Of a stretch of 64,000 bases of DNA, positions 49,240 to 61,665 are shown in pieces. Under the pieces are notes generated by a model, which made no database searches, had not been told where the DNA came from, and saw only the letters and a program-made list of their open reading frames with translations. This DNA comes from Selaginella moellendorffii (taxonomy: Eukaryota > Plantae > Lycopodiophyta), in NCBI RefSeq assembly GCF_000143415.4, contig NW_003314396.1, positions 38,895-102,894 on the forward strand. The letters are read 5' to 3'. Every line of letters starts with the position of its first letter. The stretch's first letter is position 1. The translations under genes were made by a program, and so were the position numbers.

Positions 49240-52200
49240 GGTGCGATATTGTTCTAGAAGAGTCCTTATCCTTGAGGAGTAGTATGTCGAGAGGACATGG
49301 CTCTCCACTCAAGTTCATGCGTGAACTTCGGCACAATGTGGTGGATAGAAAAGGGGCCAATAATGGAATGACTTTGGGATCTTGGGAACAGTATAAGGTT
49401 TCCTCAGAGAGCTGAGGATGTGATCCAAATGAGTGTTTGACGCAACAAACGGGCTAACATAGTTGTGATAAACAACTATAGTTGGGATCACAGGAAAGGT
49501 AAAGACTCCAAAGCAATAAAGGAGTCACAAGATTATCCTCATATAATTGAGGTTGGTGCTCATTAATGTGAGACCAGAAGTAATGACTGTGGGAGGTCAA
49601 ATACGGAAGAGGGCTCAAGTCCTTGAAATGGTAGCCGGGGCTACCTTTAATAAATGCTAGAACAACCCAAGGAGTTAGGGGGTGTACTTAGAGATGAGTT
49701 GGTATTCTCATCACATGGATGAGTAGTCCTAAGGGGCAAAGGTTGCCCCAGAGAACAAAATCAAGTGTCAGAGTAACACTTGTGAAAATAGTCCTTGTGA
49801 GTGAGGACATGAATGCAAGAAATGTATTCCAGTGAGCTAATGCCCCACAAATAGGACCTTACGGGTCTATGGATTAACCAAGTCCAAAACTGCTGGATGA
49901 CTCAAGTAGAGTCAGGGAATGGTCCTAAAGGACTGATGGAAGCATTTAGACTGAGGTGTGTGGTACTCCACGAAGGATGGGGGGGATCATAGGATCCAAG
50001 GATGAGAACAGAGGGTATCTCATCGACGGCAAAATGTGCCATGCTAAAGTCATGGGAAAGGTGTTCCCAAAAGAAAACAACTTTGACACAAAGTTGTGTG
50101 TGACCACTATGGTGCAGTGCTAACGGATGGTTGGCATGAGAAAGAGTGGTATTGGTCTTGGCAAGGACTTAGACACAAAGAAGAAGTGTCATAAAGGTAG
50201 GCTCGTGGAGCCGATGGTGTGGAGACACCAAATGTGCCAAGGTGTGATACCTTGAGGTTATGTTGGTGGGTTCATGAGAACCCCTCGCCAAAGGAATCCC
50301 AATGGAAATGGGAATGGCATAGCCTAAGCTGCAGAGCATGCAGTTGGAGTGTGGTGACCCAGATAATAATGAAGGTGTGGAAGCACCAGCAATGAGTTGT
50401 AGGACTTGACAACTATGAGGCAACTAAGCAAAAGGTGCAAAATAATTGGTTAAACGGGTAGAAGGTAACTACCCAAGCCTTTTTAATGGCATAGGGAAGT
50501 TAGATATACCCTTACGGGGGATAAGTTGCTTATGTTGCGATATAGTAAGTCAATGTCGTAAACGGGAATGCTCATTATCAGGAGGCCATCATTGGGACAG
50601 CCGAACACTCTAGAACACCAGGAGGTGGTGTTTGATGTCGTGAAGGCAATAGATAAGGCCCAAGGGACTAAGTCCCTAGCGAATGAGGGATAGAAGGTGC
50701 TATCCAAATGTCTAAGGTGGCGGAGATAGGAGAAGATTGTCTACTGGAATTGGACAAAGCCAAAAAATGGAATTTTGGCAAGGCTAGCGATAGGCATGTA
50801 AAGGCCCATAAGCAACAACGTAATCCTGGTGTGTGGGATTATAAGGTGAGCATACCTGGATTGAGGAACCACTCCCTAGGCTATCGGGTAAGTTCATCCC
50901 TAAGAATATTTGCTAAGGCATGATGGAAAGTGCAAAGCTATCCTCCTGGTCTGGAGGAGAATGACCGAAGGAGAGGTGTGAAGCCAAAAGCAAGAAGTAA
51001 GGGGATAAAACCGAACCATAGGAATCGAAGGGCATAACCAAGGTTGGTTATGCTAGCTGGGAGTGGAGAATCAAGTGGGGGCTCGAGGGTGTTGCCGCTA
51101 GCAACCGTGATGCCATGGAGAGTCTAAAATTTGGAATTGTCCATGTTAGACTATATGGTAATTGGAAAGCTTCCAAAAAGGGAGGCCTTAGCAAGTTAAG
51201 GGACAGAGTTCCCAAAGATGATTCTAGGTAGCTTAGTACCTAGAAAGGCCAAGCGTAAATGGTTCAAGGAATGCGCGAAATCAGAGTGGCGCAGCAGAAG
51301 CATGGTTTTGAAGTTTGCCATGAGGCAAGGCTATCAAGGTTATGGAAGTAGTTCCCGAGTGTTCAAAGAGAGGGCTTTGAATGAAAGTCGATGATCAAGG
51401 GCTTTCACGCTTGTGCAGGAACCATGTTACAGTGGTCAAAGGACTTGCCAAAGCGAGATTGGCAAGTCAGGGGAACAAATACCCTAGTTGAAGGTGATAA
51501 CCTCAAAAAGGGTGGGCCATGGGGCCAAGCATGGAGGAGTCCATACATGATCACAGACTTGTCAAGTGAGAGGACTTGGCAGTGTGGAGGAACTAGGTTC
51601 CTAAGCTGTGATCTATAGCACGCTTTGAGTAAAAGTTGGTGCACCGGCGTGATGAGTCACGCTAGGCATCCTGGGTGATGCCGTCCGTAGATGCATATAC
51701 GGAGGTTGGGTTCGAGTCCCAACCCTCTAGTGCTTGGGTTCCAGTCCCAACTCACTAGGGCGTGGTGATGGTTTGGAATATGAGGACACTCATTTTTCGG
51801 TGGTCATGGACTCTCAGTGTAGAGATTGGCTTGGGCACACCGCCAAGCGGGGGATGCCCCAGAGTCATGATGCACGGTTAGATTGCTTAGAGTGAAAGCT
51901 CGGCATATCTAACTTGAACACTTTGGTGCAAAAGGCACCAAGGACGTGGTGAATGAGATGGGGACACCCAGTCTCAGTTGCTATGGATCCTTGGCCGGAA
52001 GGGCTAGCTTGGGTGCACCGCCAAGTGTGGGGGATGCCCCCGGGGTCATAGTCAACAACTTAGTAAGGTCTGGAAGACCTAATTCCTATTGGTAGACCTA
52101 TTAAGGGGTCAAGATGAGATCACTAGGTGATCTTATGGCTAAACAAGGACAAGGTCTTTGTTTGGGTTAAGGAATATAATTCCTAGTTCAAAGTGTTGAT

Positions 52201-53063
52201 TTGAACTATTGATAAAGGTGTGGCTTGGTCAAGGTGACTAAGTGGGAAGGACACCTAAGGGAAATGAACTACTACAATACAATGGTATTACGAGTTCAAG
52301 AGAATAGTCTTCAGAGACAGGCCCATGGGTGGGTCACAAGGTTGGGCTAGGAAGAGAGCCTAGAATAGTTGGGGAGACTTACTAGGGGTGAACACCCTAG
52401 TCTGGGCAAAGTAGATCCTATGCTATGGAACCAAAAGAATACCTCCAGGAGGGAGGTAATGATCCTATGTTCTTTGGTGCAACAATCCAAGGATAGAAGC
52501 AAAAGACGAGTGCCCAAGATAGGGACGTGGAATCCATTGGAAAGAATCCAAGTGGCAAAGTTAGCCAAGGAACATTAATGTGTTTGATGCTAATGGATTG
52601 CGGAAAAAGAAGTGGACTTCCAAGGATGGATTCCCAAGTGCTCCAATTTGGCAAAGGAAAGGCTCCAAGTGAAGGAGCAACTAAGTAGCCAAAAGATAGG
52701 GCCGTGGACAGCCCTAGCACAAATAATGATAAATGGAACGTAATGCCAATGGTGGCACAAAAATAGAAAAGAGGATGAGGGTGCCCTCGAGTAGAGAACT
52801 TCCTAAGAGGGGAAGTGGAGTTGCACAAAATGTGCAAGGCAAGGTGTCGGAGACATCTAGGAAAATTGACTTCAAGAAGTCAAAAGTAAACGTTCCAAAA
52901 GTGCAAAGGTTATATCGATGAAAATTGAAACTACTCAAGATGGAGTAGTGACGGTGTCTTTAACAAGTTTAGCGAGAACTAAACCATTAAACAGAAAGAA
53001 CCACCACAAGTGGTCCAATCAGTTTCTAAGTTGGAGAGACTATCCTCCTTAGAGGATGGACGA
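49240..53063 (+). mobile_element. Second family B internal region, interrupted by transposon copy C
   Basis: Colinear with 45650-48740, with an extra ~0.8 kb segment (~50950-51720). Confidence 0.82.
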
Positions 53064-53752
53064 AAGCTCTATTTCGTTAAAGTGGGATTTATTCAGTAAA
53101 ATGGGACTAGGTACAAATTTTCAAGTATTTGAAAATGACGTGAAATTATATGTTTTTTGTCCAGGGGCTAGACATATCTGGGGCATGGTGACTAGCGCGG
53201 TGACTTTGTGTCCAGACTGAGTCGATCTGGTTGTATAATAAATCTCATTGTCAAGGTGAACAAGCCGAATCTGAAGCTAAAGAAGAGCGATGGCATGCAC
53301 GCACACACTATTTGTTTGTTCATTGAGCGTGTGGTGAGCTTTCCAAGATGAACGTCATTCCTATTAGCCAGACATATAACTTAATGGTGAGAACATTTAG
53401 ATATTATTCAATGTTATCTTTTTCTAACGAATCTAATTGTGAAGGTGTAGCAAGAGGCATTGCTAGTCTGGAGAAGTCATTTAACTCATTTGACCCTTAG
53501 TGTATTTTCATGAAACTAAATAACATTCATATTATTAAGGAATTTCTCTAGTACCTTTTTTTTACGACATAGAGGCTTGCATTTCTTTCAAAGGTGATTT
53601 AGTAAAAGGCCTGAGGGCACATGCCATTCTATTTCTCAGACCAGTATTAAGATATACTAGTGCAAAGGGCCACATGCCATCACGCCTCCTCTGATTCAGA
53701 TTCGGATTGTTCACCTTGAAATAAAATACATTAGAAACTTAGTAAAGGAATA

Positions 53753-56700
53753 TTAAATCTCACCTTGAACCCGGGTTATGAATGCTCTTGCTGCATCTCT
53801 TGCATGGTCTGGCAAGGTGATGGTGGCACTCTGCTTCCGCATCCAACCATGCACAACATTATCCACCGATATGCTCATGCTGGGATCCCTTGGATTCAGC
53901 ACCCATCTCTTTTCTAGGCAATCCTTCGTATATCCGGAACTTGGCTTGAACCACTCCACAGTTACATTGAAGGAGTTAGTTTCCGCGTCCTCCTCTACAT
54001 CAGTGATGCAGCGCCCCACCCATATCATCTGTTTTTTATTACTGGGTCTGACAAGCACGACCATTCCTTTGCAGACTTGTATTGGATTGAATGCTGAATC
54101 CGGCTTCTTGTTCCTCGGCCCACAATAGTGATCCTCAACATCGTTATCTGTCACTGCATTTCCAGAGGACATTGTTCCGCTACTATCTGGTGCTCTGGGT
54201 TCTGGCCAAAAGGACTCTTCCAATTCTTCATATACAACCGGCCCATTTTGGATAGCAGATATAATCTTCTCCCAGTATTCGAGCAAAGGCTTGCACCTCT
54301 TAAAATAGGATTCTCCACCAAACACCAACCCCCTCTTCCAGAAGGCAATATGCTGTCTAATCCCGGCCACTATACTTTCCTGGTCTTTGAGTCCATCCGG
54401 GTGCATCGGCCGTGGGGAACCCTGAGGAATCATAGGTTCCCCAGTTATGGGATCTCTCTTGAAGAGTTCAATGCCGTCCACTGGCAGCCACACTGTGTCC
54501 CATTCTCTCATCTTGTACCTCATCACTGGAGCACCGTCACGCATGCTGAAATGAAACTGAAGAGGCTTGGAGTGGCCAATCAGCATTTTGGATCCGTCCC
54601 TGATGTAGCCTCTTACAAACCCCTTAAAGTCTGGAACCTCTGTCACAAGTGCAGCTTCAACAGTGCCTTTGATGCAATTTTGGAATTCATCGTAGAGTTG
54701 TGGGAGGGTGAGGACATTGGATTGCCGGAGGGACTCTGCCAGGTGACTGAACATGGCATCGACGTCTTCATGAGTGTGCCCAACCATGAGAAAGCCAAGT
54801 GTAACCGTTTCAAATATGCCTTTGGCAACAAGCATCGCCAAGTACGCGAAGACGTACATGTTTTTGTTCTCACTGCCAGCATTGTCTGTTTGGAGCAGAA
54901 GATGGGGTGGAAGGCCACATCGGCCGCAAGAACTTCCTTAAGATTCTGCTTCATTTGGATGAGGCTGTGCATTCACCGGGCGACCAGCCTCGTCGGAATG
55001 GCATGAGGCCTCACGTGATAACCCTACAATCTGACGGCCAACATATTCACTGGAATGGCATGGGGCCCCACGCGATACTGCAAGCCTTTGCTCCTCCTCC
55101 AGCTGAACCCTGTATGGGGTTCGATCGACAAGGGCCTTATGCAAGGGTTGGCCGTTCAGCTCAGTCTGCGCACTTTGCAGAGACCTTAAGTGTTTTGCTA
55201 GGGACGCAATCATCATGTTTGCACCCCCGCCACCCCATAGAGGTACAAAGAAGTTCCCATAGTTCTGGGCACCATGCCCATGAGCGATTATGCCAAACAG
55301 AGACACAGGCAGCTGCATGGATGAAGAGATTGCCTTGGGGGTAGGATTGAGTCGAGGTAAGCACGTCTTTTTCTGGTCCATTTTGTCGTGGATGATGCAG
55401 AGGTAAGAGTCAGGTCTCTCCATGGAGAGAATCCTGTTATGATAATATGCAGTCCTGCAGCTTCTCTGCTCGATGTTGTGGTCGAGCCGCCTTCTAACCA
55501 ACGTCTCTCGCTCTTGAGCGCTGCAAGAATTCTTCGACAAAGCCATTTTGATAGCAGTGCACTCGTCACACTTTGAAAAGCTGGAGTACTTTCCTATACT
55601 CACATCCCTGAACCTGTTGCTCCACAATCTACTAAATCTAGATTAGCTCAGCTTCCTGTAGCCATTACTCTGGAGTTCCCGATTCACATCTTCCAATATG
55701 GCCCCCTTGGTATACATGGAAGGGAGAACTCGTTGGGTGTCTCGTGTTCCATCTTCCAAGAGGCGGGTTTTATGTGGTTGCTGCTCGCTACATGTCTCGA
55801 CAAACCTCTTGAAGATTGCCTCTCCATATACAACATGACCCCTGGTTTTGTGCGTACCGTCGTTCCCATGGACTGCCTGTTGAACCCTTTGTTCCTCAAA
55901 CTCAGTTTTGATTCTGTAGAATGTGGTTCGAGGGACTCCATAAATGATTCTCCATGCCTTCATGCAGACCAAACCCCTCTGGAAGACCATGCCCCCCACC
56001 TGATGTTCTGAAGCATCAACAGATGACCGTAATGCCTCATACACAAAATTGCGAGCTGCCTTCCAGGACAATGTCTTGTATCTTGCTCTCTCCTCTTCAA
56101 TAGCATCCCAATCAGCATGTTGACAACACCTCCTCTTGCAACAAGCAACTGTCGAGACCATTCGAACCTCCATCGCCATTTTCTGCCTTTTCGGTTCGTT
56201 GCTCAGATCCCTTTGGCTGCGCTGTAGGAAGGTGTACTTTCTTTTCCCATGAAGAGATGTTCTGTCATCAGTTGTAGTGGTGTTTGATTGTGAATCCTTC
56301 ACATTCTCAAACACTAAATGCCTCAATTTCCACCGCACAATGCTTCCAATAGTCAGACTATTTTCTTCTGTGTCAACAACCTCTAAAATTGCAACTCCAA
56401 TATCATCCCAGCCCAATTCTTGATTAGCAACCGCATCTCTTGGATCGACAACTGTGGCTAAGCCCTCAGCTACCACCTCCCCCTCGGGGTTGTTTAGAAA
56501 CACCTTTGCCTGAATCCATGTAGCACGGTTCTTAAGATCCACGGAGGGAACATGCGTCGCACTTGCGCTGTCCCCAACATCTGCTTTCTTCTGCAGATTT
56601 TTCAAGGCAACAACAACATTTACCCCGACGACCATCTCTCCTCGTTCAATAGCGACCACATTCCCATCGAAGACAGTCTCTACTGATACAGCAGCATTGC

Positions 56701-56818
56701 CTTCCCCAAGCCTTTGACAGTGTATAACAAAGTTCCGATCCATAGACACAAGGGTCCCTTTTGCAACTCTCTTCCCACCATTCAAAATGTAAACCTTTTC
56801 CCCAACCCTGAAGGCCAT
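53753..56818 (-). pseudogene. Sola1-like transposase copy C (two CAA>TAA stops)
   Basis: ORFs 55643-56818, 54938-55627 and 53753-54859 share one frame and are near-identical to 26808-29873. Confidence 0.82.
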
Positions 56819-58643
56819 TCTGAAAGTGCAGAAAAGAAGTTAAGACCATACAAAAAATGATTGGAGAATGGCCTAAATCATAACATACCAAATAGCATGA
56901 GGCCACATGCCATTATTCAAACATGCTATTGACACCCACGTGAAATTTCGTATTCACAAAATTGGCATGAGGCCTCATGCCATCTTGATATACACACAGC
57001 TGCAGGCAAGTAAAAACATACATGACAATACGCTAGCCATGAAATTGCAAGGGCCCAAGATGGCATGTGGCCTCATGCCATTTCTAAATGTGGTCCTAAA
57101 CCATTCCATGGTGAACATACCAGGAAGCACAAGTGCCGAATATCAAGAGGAAGCGGTAGCCACACCAAAGACAGTGCCGCTCGCAACACCGCAACTACTC
57201 GTAGCGCCGCTCGCAACACCGCAACTGCTCGTAGCGCCGCTCGCACAAACTGCCACTCGCATAAACTGCCGCTCGCAATGGCGCTTGCAATGCCGCAACC
57301 GCTTGTAGACGCATAAACCACAGCTCACAACGCCGCTTACACAAGCAGCGCTCACTGCGCTCAGTGGAACCAAGAACACGGCGCACAAAAATGATAGACC
57401 TACGAATGAGTTCGAGAATTCAAAAATAACACACGCTTGAACGTCACATCAAATCCTCTGACAAACCAGATCTTATGATTCCTCTGACAAATTTCAAACT
57501 GAGTAGCTTCTAGACTTTGCTGTCGGAGGTTGAACTTTGTCACATCATGTCCTTGCCTCGATCCAGCTGTGCCATGTCAGTGATTCGAACTTTGCCATTC
57601 TGTAATTTGTACATTGTATACCATTCTGTAAAATCTAGTTGCGATCTAACGGTTGGATCTCTAGGAAACTCAAAACAATCTCGCGCGTGTCAGAATATTC
57701 TAGGAATATACTCCTATGTGCTCCTGAAAATGGCATGTGGCCCCACGCCATTCAAGAGATAACGCCAGATGACGCCGAGCATTTTTTGGTGCATTTTTTG
57801 GGATCAAAATTGCATGAGCCCACATGCTTGAACGTCATCCTCTGACAATTTATTTAGCTGAACATTTGGCATTTTTGGAAATACAAGATGCTTTGGAATA
57901 TCCAATCATGCATGGTATAAATATAGCGAGGGTATTAAATGATATCCCAATCATGATCTTTCTTTTGGATTTCGCGTGCATGCAGTCCGAGGAATGATGA
58001 CGTTGCGGATTTCTTTTGGATTTCACGCATGCGCGCGCCGATCCAGAAATTAATGGTGGCGCCCAAGTCCGAGAAATGATGATGTGGCGGGCTGCGTGTC
58101 GTGTGCATCGGCGTCCACTTCAAGACACACCCAGTTTGTAACTTCGCCGCCAACTCCGCCACCCACTCTGCCACCCACACGCAGCCCACTTGGCGTCCCG
58201 GGAGATTTCAGCGCCACTCTCCAACTGTAAGTGGCAGAGTAGCCTTGCTGCTACGATCCGCTGCACACACAGTGCACATTCGCCAGCGAGTCCGGTTGTC
58301 ACGCCTCCATTCGGCTTCAAATGGTACGTCTTTTAGGCCAAGTAGAAAATGGCATGAGGCCACATGCCATTCAGTAGCAACATTGGCATGCACCGATTGG
58401 GCTCTCGAGTGCAGTCCGGTTACAGATGGCGTGTAGCCTCACGCCATCTTAGAATGCAGCCTCAAGACATCTGATGCAGTGGTGAATGGCGTGTGGCCTC
58501 ACGTTATTTCCAGCTACTAGCTTTTCATCTGTCAGCTCTAATTGTTGTGCATTTCTGAACAGGCGAGGAATTGCGTTCTTCTTCCAGCCACTGTCAATGT
58601 GGATGCAGAGAAGGGGGAGGAGCTCACCAGTTGGACTTTCAGG

Positions 58644-61600
58644 ATGGAAGGCGAGGATCTGAGGCTGTACAACACAGATGGTGGGAGAAAAGAATGCATG
58701 GGGATCCTCATCCAAGTGACAGACACTCCATGCAGTTCCATGCAAGAATATGGACTGGCACTTGTGGTAGAGACAACGTCTGCCTTCAAGATCCACCTTG
58801 CACATCCTAGCAGCTTCCCGGAGGGGGGCAGCGGCTATGAGGAATTCCTAGAGGGAGCTAGGGAGAGGTTGTCCAGGAGGCCCACAATTTCAAAGACGCT
58901 ACGGGTCTATGAAGATCACATGGAATCCACGGACCTCACCTACGGCGATGTTTAAAAACTATATTCCAACATTGAGCCGTTGAGAGTGCCTCCAGTTCGC
59001 GAAGCGAAGGGGAAGGGGGTCGATCTGGAAACTACCCCGAAGCAGAAAAGGGTGGTCAAGCTCAAGCCGACGTCCGACTCTTCTGCTCCAAAAAAGAAGC
59101 TACTCGGTGATGCCATTGCCTCGGGTTCGAACACTACACCCACCAAAAAGAAGAGCCGCAAAGAGCAGAAAGAGCAAGAAGAGGCAGCAAAAATCGTCGC
59201 AGATAATAGTACTTGTTACTATTCCAACAAAGTATATACAATCGACGTGAGCCGTATCGACATCCAAAGCAAATACAACCACAGGCTAGTATCTGATGAG
59301 TGGGTGGAGAAATTGAAGCAGAAGATGCTGGCAAGTCCAGTAACACCCGACATCGCAGACGTGATCCCCTACTACCAAAAAATGAAGGGCGAGATGAGGT
59401 TTCCAAATTTGATCAATAGGAAGGTGTTGGACGATCAGAACATCCGGTTCTATGCCGTCTCCGGGCAGCATTCTAGCTTGGCGATGCAAGAGATAGTTGT
59501 GGATATTATGGTGGGTGAGGAGGTGAAGAAAGTCTTCAAGACAAGCATTGTCCGCCTGATAAAAGGCAACTCGCCCCTCCGATCTATCATATACATCTCC
59601 CACGCGCAGAATGTCAAGCAAGAAACGTGCTACAAATCGGGTCTGCACGAGACATTGGCACGAACATGGAAGCTCTGGGTTCAACTGAAGAAGCCACAAA
59701 AACCAGGACAAGGACGTGCACTAGCAACTAGCGCCTGGCAGGTAAGCCTCGTTGTATGTGGCATAGCATGTGGCCTCACGCCATTTCCATTGCAGGAATT
59801 CTCGAGTCTTCTCTCGAAAACACTGGGGGTCAATGACACACTCAGCATCCATAACATTCTACTCGCGACAAAAGTTGTTTTTGTCAAATGGGTAGATGTG
59901 CTGAGGAGGTACCATGACGGGGAGTTGCCAAACTCAATGGGTGTGGAGGACGGCCGGAAGCCCAATGATTTGAAGCTCAACGCCTTGCGTTTCTCGCGGT
60001 CTCTAGACGACGACGACCTTCTGACAGTGGCTAATGCTCTTCTACGTGGTGAGGTTGTCTTCAACAAGACCAAAATGACTCCCGGCCATATTGTGACATA
60101 CGAGGACTTGTGCACGACTCTGAGAGCTCGTGCGCTATTGAAGGATTGGATCTTCGAGCAAGTGGCCGTGGAGAGGGTGAGCATCGACACCACGCAAGAG
60201 ATGATGGAAGCGCTGGAGTTGTCAAATGAAGACATCGACGAGTACGTGAAGGGGGCCCCCAAGTTCATCGATCTGCTGCAGGATGCCACGAAAAGTAAAG
60301 CTGAGAAGTTGGATCAGTATCCAAATTTCATTAAGATTGATGTCGACCGCCGGCTTCAGAAACAGCTCGACCCCGCAGCAGAGGCCTATCGAGAACCTTA
60401 CCGGGTATACTTGAATTCGGATGAGGATCAAAGGTGGAGGAGCATCGTTTCCCGCGGAGATGAGCAGGTCAAGAACATCTTTTGTGTGATGGACTTCACA
60501 AACGAGGAGATCACTCATGCAGACGAAGTCAGCTCCATCATTGACTTAATGGTGGGACTTGCGGAGGTGGAATCTTCAGTCCACTATATGATCTACGACT
60601 CCAAATCCTATCACAAGTTCTGGAAGGCCTTGAACGAGGTGAAGGCTCGGTTGAAAGGCAAGGAGATGCGGGAGATCCATGGGATAATGGCTAAGAAGAA
60701 GATACCGACGAATGTCCGCATCTTCACACTCGCCCTTGTTATTGGTCCTGCAGCAGAGTGGGACTGGAGTGACTTCCCAGCTTCGTTCGACAAGGCCAAT
60801 CGAATTGATCTGAGGGAGGTCAATTTACCCGTGCCTGAGGAACTGAAGACGGCTATGGAGCTTTCGAATCCAAAGAAAGCTCCAGGTGCAGCATGGGAAA
60901 TGCTCAGCTGGGTCTTCAACGCAATAGCGGGTGGGTCACCTGCTTCCGACTCCAAGGGCAAATGCGTTGTCGAGTACAACTGCGGCGGACTATTCTTTCG
61001 AGCCGCACTACTCAAGGGTGTCCCGTGTGTTGCGGTGACAAACTCCATTGAAGAGGTGACTTCAATGGAGCATATAATTACAGTTGCCAAAGAAAAACAG
61101 TATCTTCTCTGCGAACCTGGTGAGTACGCACTTTAAGTTTAAATGTTATCTCACAAGCTCTGTATGCAGGAGCGTGGCCACCCCCAGATGCTGAAACGGC
61201 GTTAACAGCTACTGTTGAAGATACCCATGTTGGGCCGAGCTCACAACCTGCACAAGGTAAGGTCACGTGAGGCCTCACGCCATTTTGATTATAGATCGTT
61301 GTGAATATTCAGACACGAGGACTGAAAAGCGCACTGGTGGCGCATCGAAGAAGGACAAACAGAAAAGCAATAGGAAAAAAGGAGGTACAAATTATATTTG
61401 CAATGGCGTGTGGTCTCATGCCATTCCTTGCAGGAGAAACTTCTTCAAAGGCAAAACAGGCAAGCACCAGCCAAGCTCAAACTGACAGTGGTCATAAAAA
61501 GCGAAAGCACGTTGGACAGTCGTCGAGATCAGAGGCGTTTGATTCGAAAAGGAAGAAGGGCAATGAAAAGATGACAGGTAATGCCTCGCGGTTATGGCGT

Positions 61601-61665
61601 GTGTGCTCATGCCATTCATTGCAGATCAAGGGCTGAGTGAAAGCAGGCAGTCACCACCTCATGAC
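58644..61665 (+). pseudogene. Cargo gene copy C, 5' part (ParB-N-like and MTase-like exons)
   Basis: 718-aa ORF at 58980-61136 plus downstream mini-exons; one stop at 58953-58955; cut by the LTR insertion at 61666. Confidence 0.78.

Larger units (their letters stand above)
53064..61665 (+). mobile_element. Sola1-like transposon copy C, interrupted by a family B LTR
   Basis: TIR at 53064-53087; transposase on the minus strand and cargo gene on the plus strand. Confidence 0.92.
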
